Under the pieces are notes generated by a model, which saw only the letters and a program-made list of their open reading frames with translations, did no database searches and was not told the DNA's origin. From assembly GCF_964355755.1 (NCBI RefSeq), contig NC_092676.1, positions 27,546,871-27,610,870 on the forward strand: a stretch of DNA of 64,000 nucleotides, given 5' to 3'. The translations under genes and the position numbers were made by a program. Positions 28,501-37,200 of this stretch are shown in pieces. Within the stretch, counting starts at the first letter, position 1, and each line of letters starts with the position of its first letter. The DNA comes from Antedon mediterranea. Taxonomy: Eukaryota; Animalia; Echinodermata.

Positions 28501-29171
28501 ATTATGACTGAATCTGATATGTTGATTAATAATAATGATAAGGTGGCCTATTGATTAATACGGTAACGCACACAATGATACAGTTTTGTTTTTTACGAGA
28601 TAACATTTTTGTAAAATCATCTTTGTATTGCTTAGTTACTTAATATTATAAGCCTAAAAACGTATTGTTTAGATAGTATTATATAAGGTAGACTATAATT
28701 GTAAAAGTTTGCAGTATACATACCTAAACACGATATCGCTGTGAGGAAGAGACTCGCCTGTGGTGGGTGACAGGTCGGATCAGGATAAAACGGATACACA
28801 ATATAATCAGCAAAAGTCAGAGCTAATATGGCCAATAAAGACGGTTGTAGAACGAGCACATTTACCCAAAGAAACAAAAACGCTAGCATTGGTCCCCATG
28901 CCTCTTTAATGTACGCGTAATCACCGCCAGACTTCATGATAGTCGTGCCCAGTTCCGCGTAGCAAAGCGCGCCCACGAGCGACCCCAGGCCAGCTATTGT
29001 CCATACTAATAATGTTAATCCTATAGACCCACTATGCATGAACACAGCTTTTGGTGAGATAAAAATTCCAGATCCGATGATTCCGCCAACAATAATCGTG
29101 ATACCATTTAGTAATGTAATCTTTCTTTGTAAACGGACAGAGCCCGGCGACCGTTCCTCTTCATACGCCAT
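4520..29171 (-). CDS. SLC7A5-like: SLC7 L-type (heteromeric) amino acid transporter light chain, complete 10-exon CDS, 482 aa: join(29171-28724,18659-18534,17372-17267,12915-12871,8322-8199,7489-7386,6902-6806,5785-5636,5079-4899,4587-4520)
   Basis: Exons of 448,126,106,45,124,104,97,150,181 and 68 nt sum to 1449 nt, with matching phases and GT-AG ends. LAT hallmark motifs are present: IIGSGIF (TM1), [16 protein letters not shown], Cys in YPDPTC (heavy-chain disulfide), [46 protein letters not shown]. As I recall, the internal exon sizes match vertebrate SLC7A5. Exact orthology within SLC7A5-11 is not resolved. Confidence 0.95.
4899..5079 (-). CDS. SLC7A5-like: SLC7 exon 9 (MNILLIISF...FKNLI)
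   Basis: Acceptor tttcag, donor A|GTGAGT, 181 nt. Confidence 0.92.
5226..5393. mobile_element. MITE with ~32-bp imperfect TIRs
   Basis: AGGCCAATTTACATAGATGAGCGGTAACGGTA versus reverse complement of the right end AGGCCAATTTATACTGATGAGCCGTAGAGGTA; TSD unclear. Confidence 0.7.
5636..5785 (-). CDS. SLC7A5-like: SLC7 exon 8 (CMLAICYLF...PDLERPLR)
   Basis: Acceptor cttcacag, donor AGA|GTAAGT, 150 nt. Confidence 0.93.
5828..6250. mobile_element. Degenerate CACTG-ended (EnSpm/CACTA-like) non-autonomous element
   Basis: Right end TAAACACTATTTTTACAGTG-TA; many TAAACACG/CGTTTAGG subterminal repeats in both orientations; left end eroded. Confidence 0.5.
6806..6902 (-). CDS. SLC7A5-like: SLC7 exon 7 ([32 protein letters not shown])
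   Basis: Acceptor cttcttag, donor TCG|GTGAGA, 97 nt. Confidence 0.93.
7386..7489 (-). CDS. SLC7A5-like: SLC7 exon 6 (TFGYKVLG...[13 protein letters not shown])
   Basis: Acceptor tcttttctcag, donor CG|GTAAGC, 104 nt. Confidence 0.93.
8199..8322 (-). CDS. SLC7A5-like: SLC7 exon 5 ([25 protein letters not shown]...AVAV)
   Basis: Acceptor ttacag, donor GTT|GTAAGT, 124 nt. Confidence 0.93.
8400..8560. repeat. Compound trinucleotide microsatellite (GTC/GTT/ATC)n
   Basis: Seen directly; explains the poly-V, poly-D, poly-T and poly-H ORFs. Confidence 0.97.
10351..10450. repeat. CpG-rich 17-18 bp tandem repeat (CGTCGATAATACGCGCG) x5-6
   Basis: Seen directly. Confidence 0.85.
10866..11052. repeat. 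~95-bp tandem duplication
   Basis: TTCGAA(C/T)TTCCAGGCC..CGATAGAA..TTAACAGTAAAATT occurs twice. Confidence 0.75.
11397..11595. mobile_element. MITE family A with ~70 bp internal insertion
   Basis: AGCTCTGTC...GACAGAGCT, TSD TAA/TAA. Confidence 0.8.
12871..12915 (-). CDS. SLC7A5-like: SLC7 exon 4 ([15 protein letters not shown])
   Basis: Acceptor ttgacag, donor AG|GTGAGT, 45 nt. Confidence 0.92.
13222..13252. mobile_element. MITE family A, terminal fragment
   Basis: TAA-AGCTCTGTCTATACACTATCAAATTAGTTTGA only. Confidence 0.65.
13576..13767. mobile_element. MITE family A
   Basis: Both ends recognisable, degenerate. Confidence 0.8.
14394..14528. mobile_element. MITE family A (reverse orientation)
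   Basis: AGCTTTGTC...GACAAAGCT; flanks TTA/TAA. Confidence 0.85.
15094..15248. mobile_element. Harbinger-like MITE
   Basis: AGTTTAGTTCCCAC...GTGGGAACCAAGCT, TSD TTA/TTA, internal palindromic TTGACCAATCA/TGATTGGTCAA. Confidence 0.8.
17267..17372 (-). CDS. SLC7A5-like: SLC7 exon 3 ([10 protein letters not shown]...[10 protein letters not shown])
   Basis: Acceptor ttgtag, donor TG|GTAAGA, 106 nt; absent from the ORF track. Confidence 0.93.
18341..18507. mobile_element. MITE family A (reverse), ~26 nt from the SLC7 exon 2 donor
   Basis: Near-complete TIRs; flanks TCA/TTA. Confidence 0.9.
18534..18659 (-). CDS. SLC7A5-like: SLC7 exon 2 ([13 protein letters not shown]...RLGK)
   Basis: Acceptor ttctctttcag, donor AAG|GTACAT, 126 nt. 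Confidence 0.93.
19126..19294. mobile_element. Degenerate Harbinger-like MITE abutting a family A copy
   Basis: TAA-AGCCTGTTTTCC..TTCGCGCGA ... TCGCGCC..AAAATTGGCT; the right TAA is restored if family A copy 19297 is removed. Confidence 0.55.
19297..19436. mobile_element. MITE family A
   Basis: TSD TTA/TTA. Confidence 0.9.
20375..20730. repeat. Degenerate array of TCTGCGCAT(C/T)TTTTT units
   Basis: More than 10 imperfect units, T-rich. Confidence 0.7.
23755..23895. mobile_element. MITE family A
   Basis: TSD TAA/TAA. Confidence 0.9.
25112..25461. mobile_element. MITE family A interrupted by a LINE-like 3' tail (~25268-25441)
   Basis: Family A sequence resumes after an insert ending AATAAATAAATAAATGAAATGAAAT. 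Confidence 0.7.
28724..29171 (-). CDS. SLC7A5-like: SLC7 coding exon 1 ([10 protein letters not shown]...AISCL)
   Basis: Part of ORF 28632-29171; donor TTAG|GTATGT at 28723; phase 1. Confidence 0.95.
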
Positions 29172-30045
29172 TGGTAAAACGAAAATTAAATTGTATAACA
29201 GAGAACACTTAATAATAACAACCTATAAACCCGATATATTATCCTCCACACACATACACCGCTTTCTACCACAACGCTCTCTCCGTTCTCACTGAAACTA
29301 GAATGCTGGCTTACTTTGTTAAATTCACTATAAGGATGAATTACGGTTCTGTGCTCACTTTTTTTTCTCGCTTAGGATTCGTCATTCGTGACGCGGAGGA
29401 ATACCACAAGTCGGCCGGCGATGAAGAATCCCAAGAATATTCCATACAAACTATATGAATCAATCAATCAATTTAAAATTGGCTGATATATATTTTATAA
29501 ATTAATATTTACTAATATTGATTTTTATTTTAAAAGAACGTGACCATGATAACGTTATGTTTGCAGTTTTAACAGAAAGTTTCTCAGAATTTCTTTATCG
29601 TTCTCGTCATTAAATCAAAAGAAAATTTGAGAATTAATTTTCGTTGAAACCACTGAAAGACAGAAAATTAACGCGTGTACAAAACACGTAACATTATTTA
29701 AACGCACGTGACGACATGTCACACGAATTTTACATGCGTGTAACACGCAAGGCAATGCCCGTCTGGTGATGGTATAGGCCTACCCTTGTTAATATCAGTA
29801 TAGTGTATATGAAGTCCACACTTCATATGTGAATATAACGGGTTATTGTCATTATGGCATCACGGTTTTTTGTTATTAAAATATAATCGCATAAATATTA
29901 ACCTATTAGTATTAGCAAAATTTATTACATCAGCAGTCATAAATGGCGCCACCTGTAGTTTTTTTTCTTAGAACTTTAGCAACTGAAGAAAATACTACTG
30001 TAACATACAACAACTAACAACAGTTTAAAATATAATAATATAGAT

Positions 30046-30193
30046 CAGGGAACATTTTCGCCAGTGTAGCGTAGCAAAAAGCTATACAAAACAACCTTAT
30101 TGCTACACATTTTGAAAATTGTGTTTCTCGACTTAAAAATCAGTTTGATTAGCAATATTGCTAAACAAAATTTTTAAATGAAAATTTTCCCTG
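30046..30193. mobile_element. CAGGG-ended MITE, family D copy 1
   Basis: TIR CAGGGAA(C/A)ATTTTC; AGAT on both flanks; near-identical to 37073-37242. Confidence 0.85.
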
Positions 30194-32261
30194 AGATACC
30201 TATACAATTAGTTAATAACCCGGGAAAATTGGTGAAGTAATATTATCTGTTTGTCCAGGTTTTCTTTAATTGATTAATTATATCATTGCATAATATTATT
30301 CCTCAACTTCCTTCCGATCGTTGTTGTCACGAAGACGACTTTCTTTTTTTTCTTCTGCGCATACCGTTTTACCCGTCCCACATACTTGTCTACCATTCGT
30401 CTCGGTCTTCACTCAACACCCTAGGCCAACATTTAACATGATGACGCCTTCCTACCTTCTAGGCTTATTCACCCCTTTTCGTATAATGTTTCGACAAAAG
30501 AGTTAGGGAACTAACGGTTAAAAATGCCTGGTCATATAAATCCCACGGGAAGACAATAAACCGTTTGTCTGACCCCCTGGCTCTTGTCTGAACCTGATAT
30601 ATTTCTGATCGTTGAGTAGTATACGTGAAAGGGACAGGCTGAGTGACGAGTAGCAGGCAATATCAATGTTGTGTTATATGCGAGCCTGCATATTTAGAAT
30701 GTAAAATATTCAAAATATATTAAACGACCGACCCAGGACGTTGGAACTAAACAATCTATACTAGATTTGCCCCAAGTCTGTATTTATTGTCTTTTTTTAT
30801 GTTAGTCCACCAGTCGGCGTATCGATTTTTGTTTGAAAACTGAATATGTTAGCTCAAGTTTTATACGTATGGAACGCCATATGTGCCAAAATATTACCTC
30901 GTTACTAAGTCAGATATAGAACCTAGACAAAATGTATACGTACATAAAACAAATTTTTTATATTGTATGTTTATACTGATAATCTGATTAAGAGCACGTT
31001 GGTCAATTGATTGGTGACTGAACGAAAAAAAATACGATTATAATTCAAAAGCCCAAAAGTAGATTTTGTATGGCTTTGATCATAGTGAGAAAAGACAAAT
31101 TCAAAGTGACGTTTGGAATCGAATACTGGCAAACGTCTCAGCAATATATCCGAGCGTATTTCCTGTCCATGTCCATAACAATAAGACCGGCGTATTTCAT
31201 GTATCACTATTGTTGACACGATGTATCATTCAATCTGCTCACTGATTACAGATGCTCCCTTGAGATGACGTCATAATTATTATCACCTATATATACTAAA
31301 CCTTTAGAGTGAATTTTGACGTAATATTTATGCCAGTGGCCTATAATATAAAAGTGTGTTTAAGCGATCATAAACAAGATATTGTACCTTTTTATTCGTT
31401 TTTATTGCATTTTTTCTTACTGTTATTGAAATTGACAGTACTTTTTTAGCCATACGGCTACTTATTGTAAGTTTTTATACCTAAATAAATAAAGAAGTTT
31501 ACCTTCTTTCAGGACAGCTTAATATCAATAATATAAATATACAGTAATAGTTGTGAAAAATTGATCAAATATATACAATAAATTGTCTAAAACACTGGCC
31601 AACAAAAGCTCAACATTAAATTATAATTCAATAATGCTAACTTAAATACATTTCTCACATTCACTAATACAGTATATTGCCTCATAGATTGAATGAATAA
31701 AAGATCTTCTCACGTGAATAAATGATGTAGAACGCTCTACTTAATACATTTTATAAAGATGGTTGCAGCTATCTGAAATAGTAAGTGCAATTTCATTTAT
31801 CGAAAGATTATTTATGTAGCCTAGGCCTACTTCACACGAAAGAGGTCTGTGTCATATATATAGTTTTATACACCAAACGAAAAGGTATAGATTTTTGTAT
31901 AATAAGTGAGTGACGAGTAGCAGACAAAAGTTGTTACGGTAGCCTACTTTTCACAATTTCATTGCATTTCATAATATTGTCGTAACCGAAAAGTTTGCGA
32001 TCGTAGTATATAGGGGGCGCTACAATATAAACTAAGAAAAACCATAGTTGGCTTATTTTTAATATGGCAAAAATAATGGTCGATAGAGAGAAATAAAACA
32101 CGACATTGAAATCAGTATTAGAATAAGATGTAAAAATGGCAATACGAATTAGCGTAAAACAATAAAATGTTGGTTGGATTTATTTATCCATGACATGGAT
32201 TTAACATCAAGAATTATAAACATAATAACGAAACAACTGTCAATAATTACTAGTGCGGCAC

Positions 32262-32385
32262 AGATAATCCGAAAAATCCGGAGAAGATCATTAAAGATAA
32301 TCTTAATTATCGATAAGAGATTATTAAAGATAATCTTAATCAGAAGGAGATAATTTAAGATAATCTGCATAATCAGAAGCAGATA
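32262..32385. repeat. 30-33 bp AGATAATC-containing tandem repeat x4
   Basis: Seen directly. Confidence 0.75.
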
Positions 32386-33305
32386 TGTCTTGGCTTAATG
32401 TGGGATTAATGAAATCCTGGTCTTAAACAGAAATGTATAAGATAGAATTTGTATCATCTAAAAACCATTGGCCTATTTTCAACGAATCTTCTTTCAAACG
32501 TGATGTAGAAGAAGTAAAATAATATTTATTTTAAAGGCGGGGTGATAGATTGACATACATTCGTCGGTGACGTCACATGATCAAATACTGATGAAAATGA
32601 TACCACTTTTGTACGCGCGCGTCCACTTTGTGTCTTTTACTTCCTACGATAGTGCCACTAATAATAATATTCGTAATCCTGATTAATTTCTGGCAGTTCG
32701 ACGTGATAATTATAAAGATATAATATTATTTTATTATTAAGATACCATGTACCCAAACCCTTACGCAACATCTTTTTTCTGATACATAATTTTCATTTAC
32801 AATAGGCCTACTTCTGAAATGGTTGCCTTCATTGGCACCATTTGGCTCAATCGTAAAGTATTTCCGTTTTTTAGATTTTGAGATAACAAGTAAAATGTAA
32901 AATTATGTAGGGCGCCCTCTAAATATAATATATTTGGAGCTACAGTACACTTTTTTTGGAAACGGTGGAAGGCGTTGGAAATTAAGAAAATGTATACAAT
33001 ATTTTAGATTAAAATGAAAAGAACAAAACAAACAAATATAATTAATTGATTTTTAAAAGTAAGATTATTATTCATAAGTAGTGGGAGGAATTTCGCGGCC
33101 CGGGTAGCGATACCATTTAAGCTACACTATTTGAGCTATTATTTTGAATTAAAATGTGCTATAAACTGAATTAATATAATTATTTCGGGTATGTCCCCCG
33201 TATGTCCTATTTATCACTGAGGCTGATTCATTATCCTTTAATGAATATAGGCCAAATCAAATTGGTATCAAAATATTTATTTCATATTAGTATTCATATC
33301 ACTTT

Positions 33306-33565
33306 TGTGACTGGGGAACCGGAAGATACTTTTATTAACGTGGATTGATTTGGCAAAAGTGTGGTGTGTTCAACGAAAGATGAGTTAACTACACCCTTGT
33401 AGGCCCATAGGGGTGATAGTGTATAGGCGGTGGGCGGGAGGGTTGCCCTGTGTATCACAGTGTTACTTGGTATACATCGTTTGTTAAGTATAGCTATATC
33501 CCTCTTATCCCTGATTTTTGTGTAGCTAGGGCTAACTAAAAAAAGTCTATATTGCTCAGGCCACA
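33306..33565 (-). mobile_element. Candidate solo LTR
   Basis: 260-bp GC-richer block with TGTG...CACA ends, minus-strand AATAAA 25 nt from the end, flanks CTTT/CATT (3 of 4 match). Confidence 0.35.
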
Positions 33566-33949
33566 CATTGACAATATAATAGGCGCGCCTACAGACAAAA
33601 TTAAAAAAGGAAAAAATGTAGGCCTATGCTATTTGGATTACGACATTTTGAATTGGATTATCATAAAATGAAACAAAAAAACATAACATTACGTACACTA
33701 TTAAAAAATCCGATTAATATAAAAACCCAGCTACAGGGGCGACAATTCCAAATATAAACAACGCCCACTTTGTGTTACGTACGGACGGTGATTGGCGTGA
33801 TATTTTTCCAAAGCTGTCAAACCTGGATAATAAATATGCGTCAGAATTCCGTGGCTGATTCTATACGTCATGAACTTTTTCAGGAAGTGCTATATTATAG
33901 AAAATCATAATGAATTGTATTTTTATGATAAAAATTCCCGTAAAAATTA

Positions 33950-34275
33950 CAACGACACGACAAATTCCAAGGGTCAATATACGGCCGGCCGGGAACCAGT
34001 GAAGCGTTTACCATGGGCATGCGTAGTAACGTTTACGGTGTTGCTATCGGAGAAGGAAGAGATCAAACATGGTGAGTATCTGTCAAAATTCAATACTGTA
34101 AATTGTTCTAAAATTTATATTTTATGGCTATTGAATAGGCCCAGTAATTCTAGGTGTAATAAATAATACATTACTTTACATGAATACAATGTTGCATACT
34201 GTAGTCTCATTGTCGATGTTTAGTTTTACGATGATTAAAATGGCAACGAAGAGGGAGCGTGTAAATAAACATAAT
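33950..34275 (+). promoter_or_regulatory. Probable DNAI7 promoter/5'UTR with X-box-like (RFX) and forkhead-like sites
   Basis: CpG-rich; GTTTACCATGGGCAT (~34006), GTTGCTATCGGAGA (~34040), ATGGCAAC (34240), GTAAATAAACA (34261). Confidence 0.45.
34069..34071 (+). CDS. DNAI7: Probable ATG-only first coding exon of DNAI7-like gene
   Basis: CAAAC-ATG|GTGAGT gives a good invertebrate Kozak context and a perfect donor. It lies in a CpG-rich promoter-like region, and its phase 0 matches exon 59913, which has no Met of its own. Confidence 0.6.
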
Positions 34276-37200
34276 CATTATAAATGCCTACCTTTGCTGC
34301 ACACGCAAGAAGGGCTGTCTGCTGCATGCAGTCTCTCCTGTGTGGAAAGAAGATGATGAGCGCGATGAATGTGAAGAGGGAGTGGGTGGGTTAACTGACC
34401 CGATTTTTTCAGTTCAGTGAGAATGGGGTTCGGCTTGGGATTTTTTGAGTTTCAACTGGCCTAGCCTTATTAGGCCTAGGCCTAGCATAGATAGTAGTTA
34501 GAGGTAAGTTGTCCATGACAATATGATGGAGTAAAGTTAGTTGTTAAATGCAAAATTGGAATTTGCATTATAATTCAAATTAATCCATGTAGGCCTATCG
34601 ATGGATTGATTTGACATACATATTTGCCTATATTAATTTGCATAATTTCGGAATGACACATGCCACATGAATATATAATCGGAACATCCACTGTGTTTTA
34701 TACTTTCATAAAATACTTTAGCCATAAAATGTTGTGGCTATATAAAAACTGCCTGTATAGTTGAAATACCTTTTTGATTTTTAACCTTTTTTCAGTAAAT
34801 TCTAGTAAAACAAAGTACAATAGTTGTATTGTTCACGCAAAACACAACAACGATTTTATTGTTTGATGTCATTCCATGGTTACAGTTCATATCCAACCAA
34901 TTATTATACTTTATTGTGCTGCTCTAATTAGTACTGAAGATTATAGGCTATGTTAGTTAGAGAATGTTCTGGAAGAATGGAGTGGAGAAACAATAAAACA
35001 ATCGATTTAAATCAAGAAAGATGAGCCAGTTAAAGTAAAAATGTCAAGAATTTCAGAGGTCCCTCCTAATTGCTTCAAAGCCATGAATTCAAAACAGATT
35101 TGCATTGTGCATAATGCCTTGCTCTGTTTAGGTTAGAGAACCAGGTCAGGGGTCATATCAGACAGATATTTTTATCCTCCAATGGGCTAATCTGCATACC
35201 AAACTTTCTTCCAAGTGGTTCAAGTATTTAACTTTTTGTTGCATATCTGCTTTCATTTTGAGAGCAATTTTATTATTACTAGTTGAATAATGCCAATTTG
35301 TATCCGAATGAAAATTTAATACAATCATTTATTTTCTAAGCTTTGTATAGTCACCTTAATAATTTCATAAAAGAAATAATACTGAGTCGCTACTTTTTGC
35401 ATATATTAGATACAAGATACAAGATAATAACTTTATTGTCAAATAATTTAAACAAAAAATTTAAAATTGGTTTTTCTCATGGCAACTTAATATAATAAAA
35501 ACAGAATAAAATCATTAAAATGTTAAAACACAAAGTACAATACACAGTACAGTAAAAATATACAGATTAAAATGCAAATACAGGTTTTTCAAAAATAAAT
35601 GCGATTAGGTGTTCCCAGATGTTCGAAAATACAATTATTTGTGTTTTGTCGTCATGATATGTAAATATGCATTGTGGGACAAACGACACTCATTAATTAA
35701 TCTCCAATTCAGCCCCAAATTCATAACTGTAGTGACCCAAGACAAGTTGTAAAGCAGTATGACGACATCTAATTATTCCATCCCAGGAAAGATGGGATGA
35801 TATGCTCAATTGAACAGAGAATATACAATGAGGAAACATACCGAAGTTAAATAAGTGATTCTGTTCACATTAACATTTTGATCGATGTATTCTGCAACAT
35901 TGGCTTTAAAGATTCAGTGTATAAATACCTTTACAGATAGATCCAAAATTCTTATTTAATATCCAGATATAAAAAGTAATTCATTCATTTATCAGTGGAA
36001 AAATTAATTCCATTTATTGTCATTTGCATATAAGATATACATAGACATTATGCTTGCTCCAACATACAAAAACAGATATGAAAAACTAACAAAAATAATT
36101 ATGTCACATCACTCTCTTACGAATTGTATTTGATTGATCTTAAATACATTTTTAAAATAATAAAAAAGTTAGTGTATGGTTTTTACTTTTAAGCCATAAA
36201 ATGAATTAATTTTGACCTAGTTCACTTGTGTAATAAAAGTTGTAGTATAATAGTACTGTACAATACTCAGTGTGTGGTCGTTAAGGTCAAGAAATTGACC
36301 CAGGTTCAGTTTTATTTTATTTGTATGGTCAAATTTAGTGAATATTCATTGAATCTATAATCTCTGACTGATTTGCATTCCAATCCATGTTTTAGGGAAA
36401 AAAAACTTTTTTTTTCAATTTGTTTCATCTCTGAAGAAAAAAGGGGTGTAAATTGATTTCATGTCATGTCATGTCATTGTAGTAATTGGTTTTTTTCCCC
36501 TTTGCCGCCAAAACTCCCACTTTTGACATAATGCAGTGAACGCCTTTGAGAATGTAATCGCTATTTATTTATGTAACCTTTACTTCTTATCATCCTATTA
36601 CTTTACTGGTCTGTGTGCAGTGCAGTCCACTTGGAGCAGTTGACATTGTCAAATTGCTTGTCACGACTCTGTCTGGGTAACATTACTGTACATGTATTGT
36701 ACATTCAGATGAGGTTTTTGATCCTTTTAATAGAAGACTCCTGTATACATATCACAGTAGTCAAATATGCCATCCATTTAGTTTACAATTGATTTCAGGG
36801 AGCATTTTCATCAACAATTTTGATTAACTGCTGATAACTCTGTACTGTACACTATCATTATCAAACTAGTTTGACAAAACAAATGTGATGTGCCCAAATA
36901 TGTTAGTGATATACCCAGATATGGTAGTGATATGAAATCATCATGTCCATATATGGGCACATCACATTTTTTTCTTACATGAAGTTTGATAGTGTAGACA
37001 GAGCTTAAGAACCATAGTTAAATGGTGTTGCTTTTTTACTATATTAAGGTAGTTTTACATACTGTAGCACTGCAGGGAACATTTTCGCCAGTGTAGCATT
37101 GCAAAAAGCTATACAAAACAACCTTATTGCTACACATTTTTAAAATTGTGTAGCAAAAAATACAAAACTATGTTTCTCGACTTAAAAATCAGTTTGATTA

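Noticed and set aside
30640-31927. 21-bp direct repeat TGAGTGACGAGTAGCAG(G/A)CAA, 1.27 kb apart
   Set aside because: The flanks do not extend into LTRs or a clear duplication; probably old repeat fragments.
33870-34166. 98-aa ORF across the DNAI7 promoter
   Set aside because: No homology or coding character, and it reads through a perfect splice donor in a different frame from the ATG at 34069.
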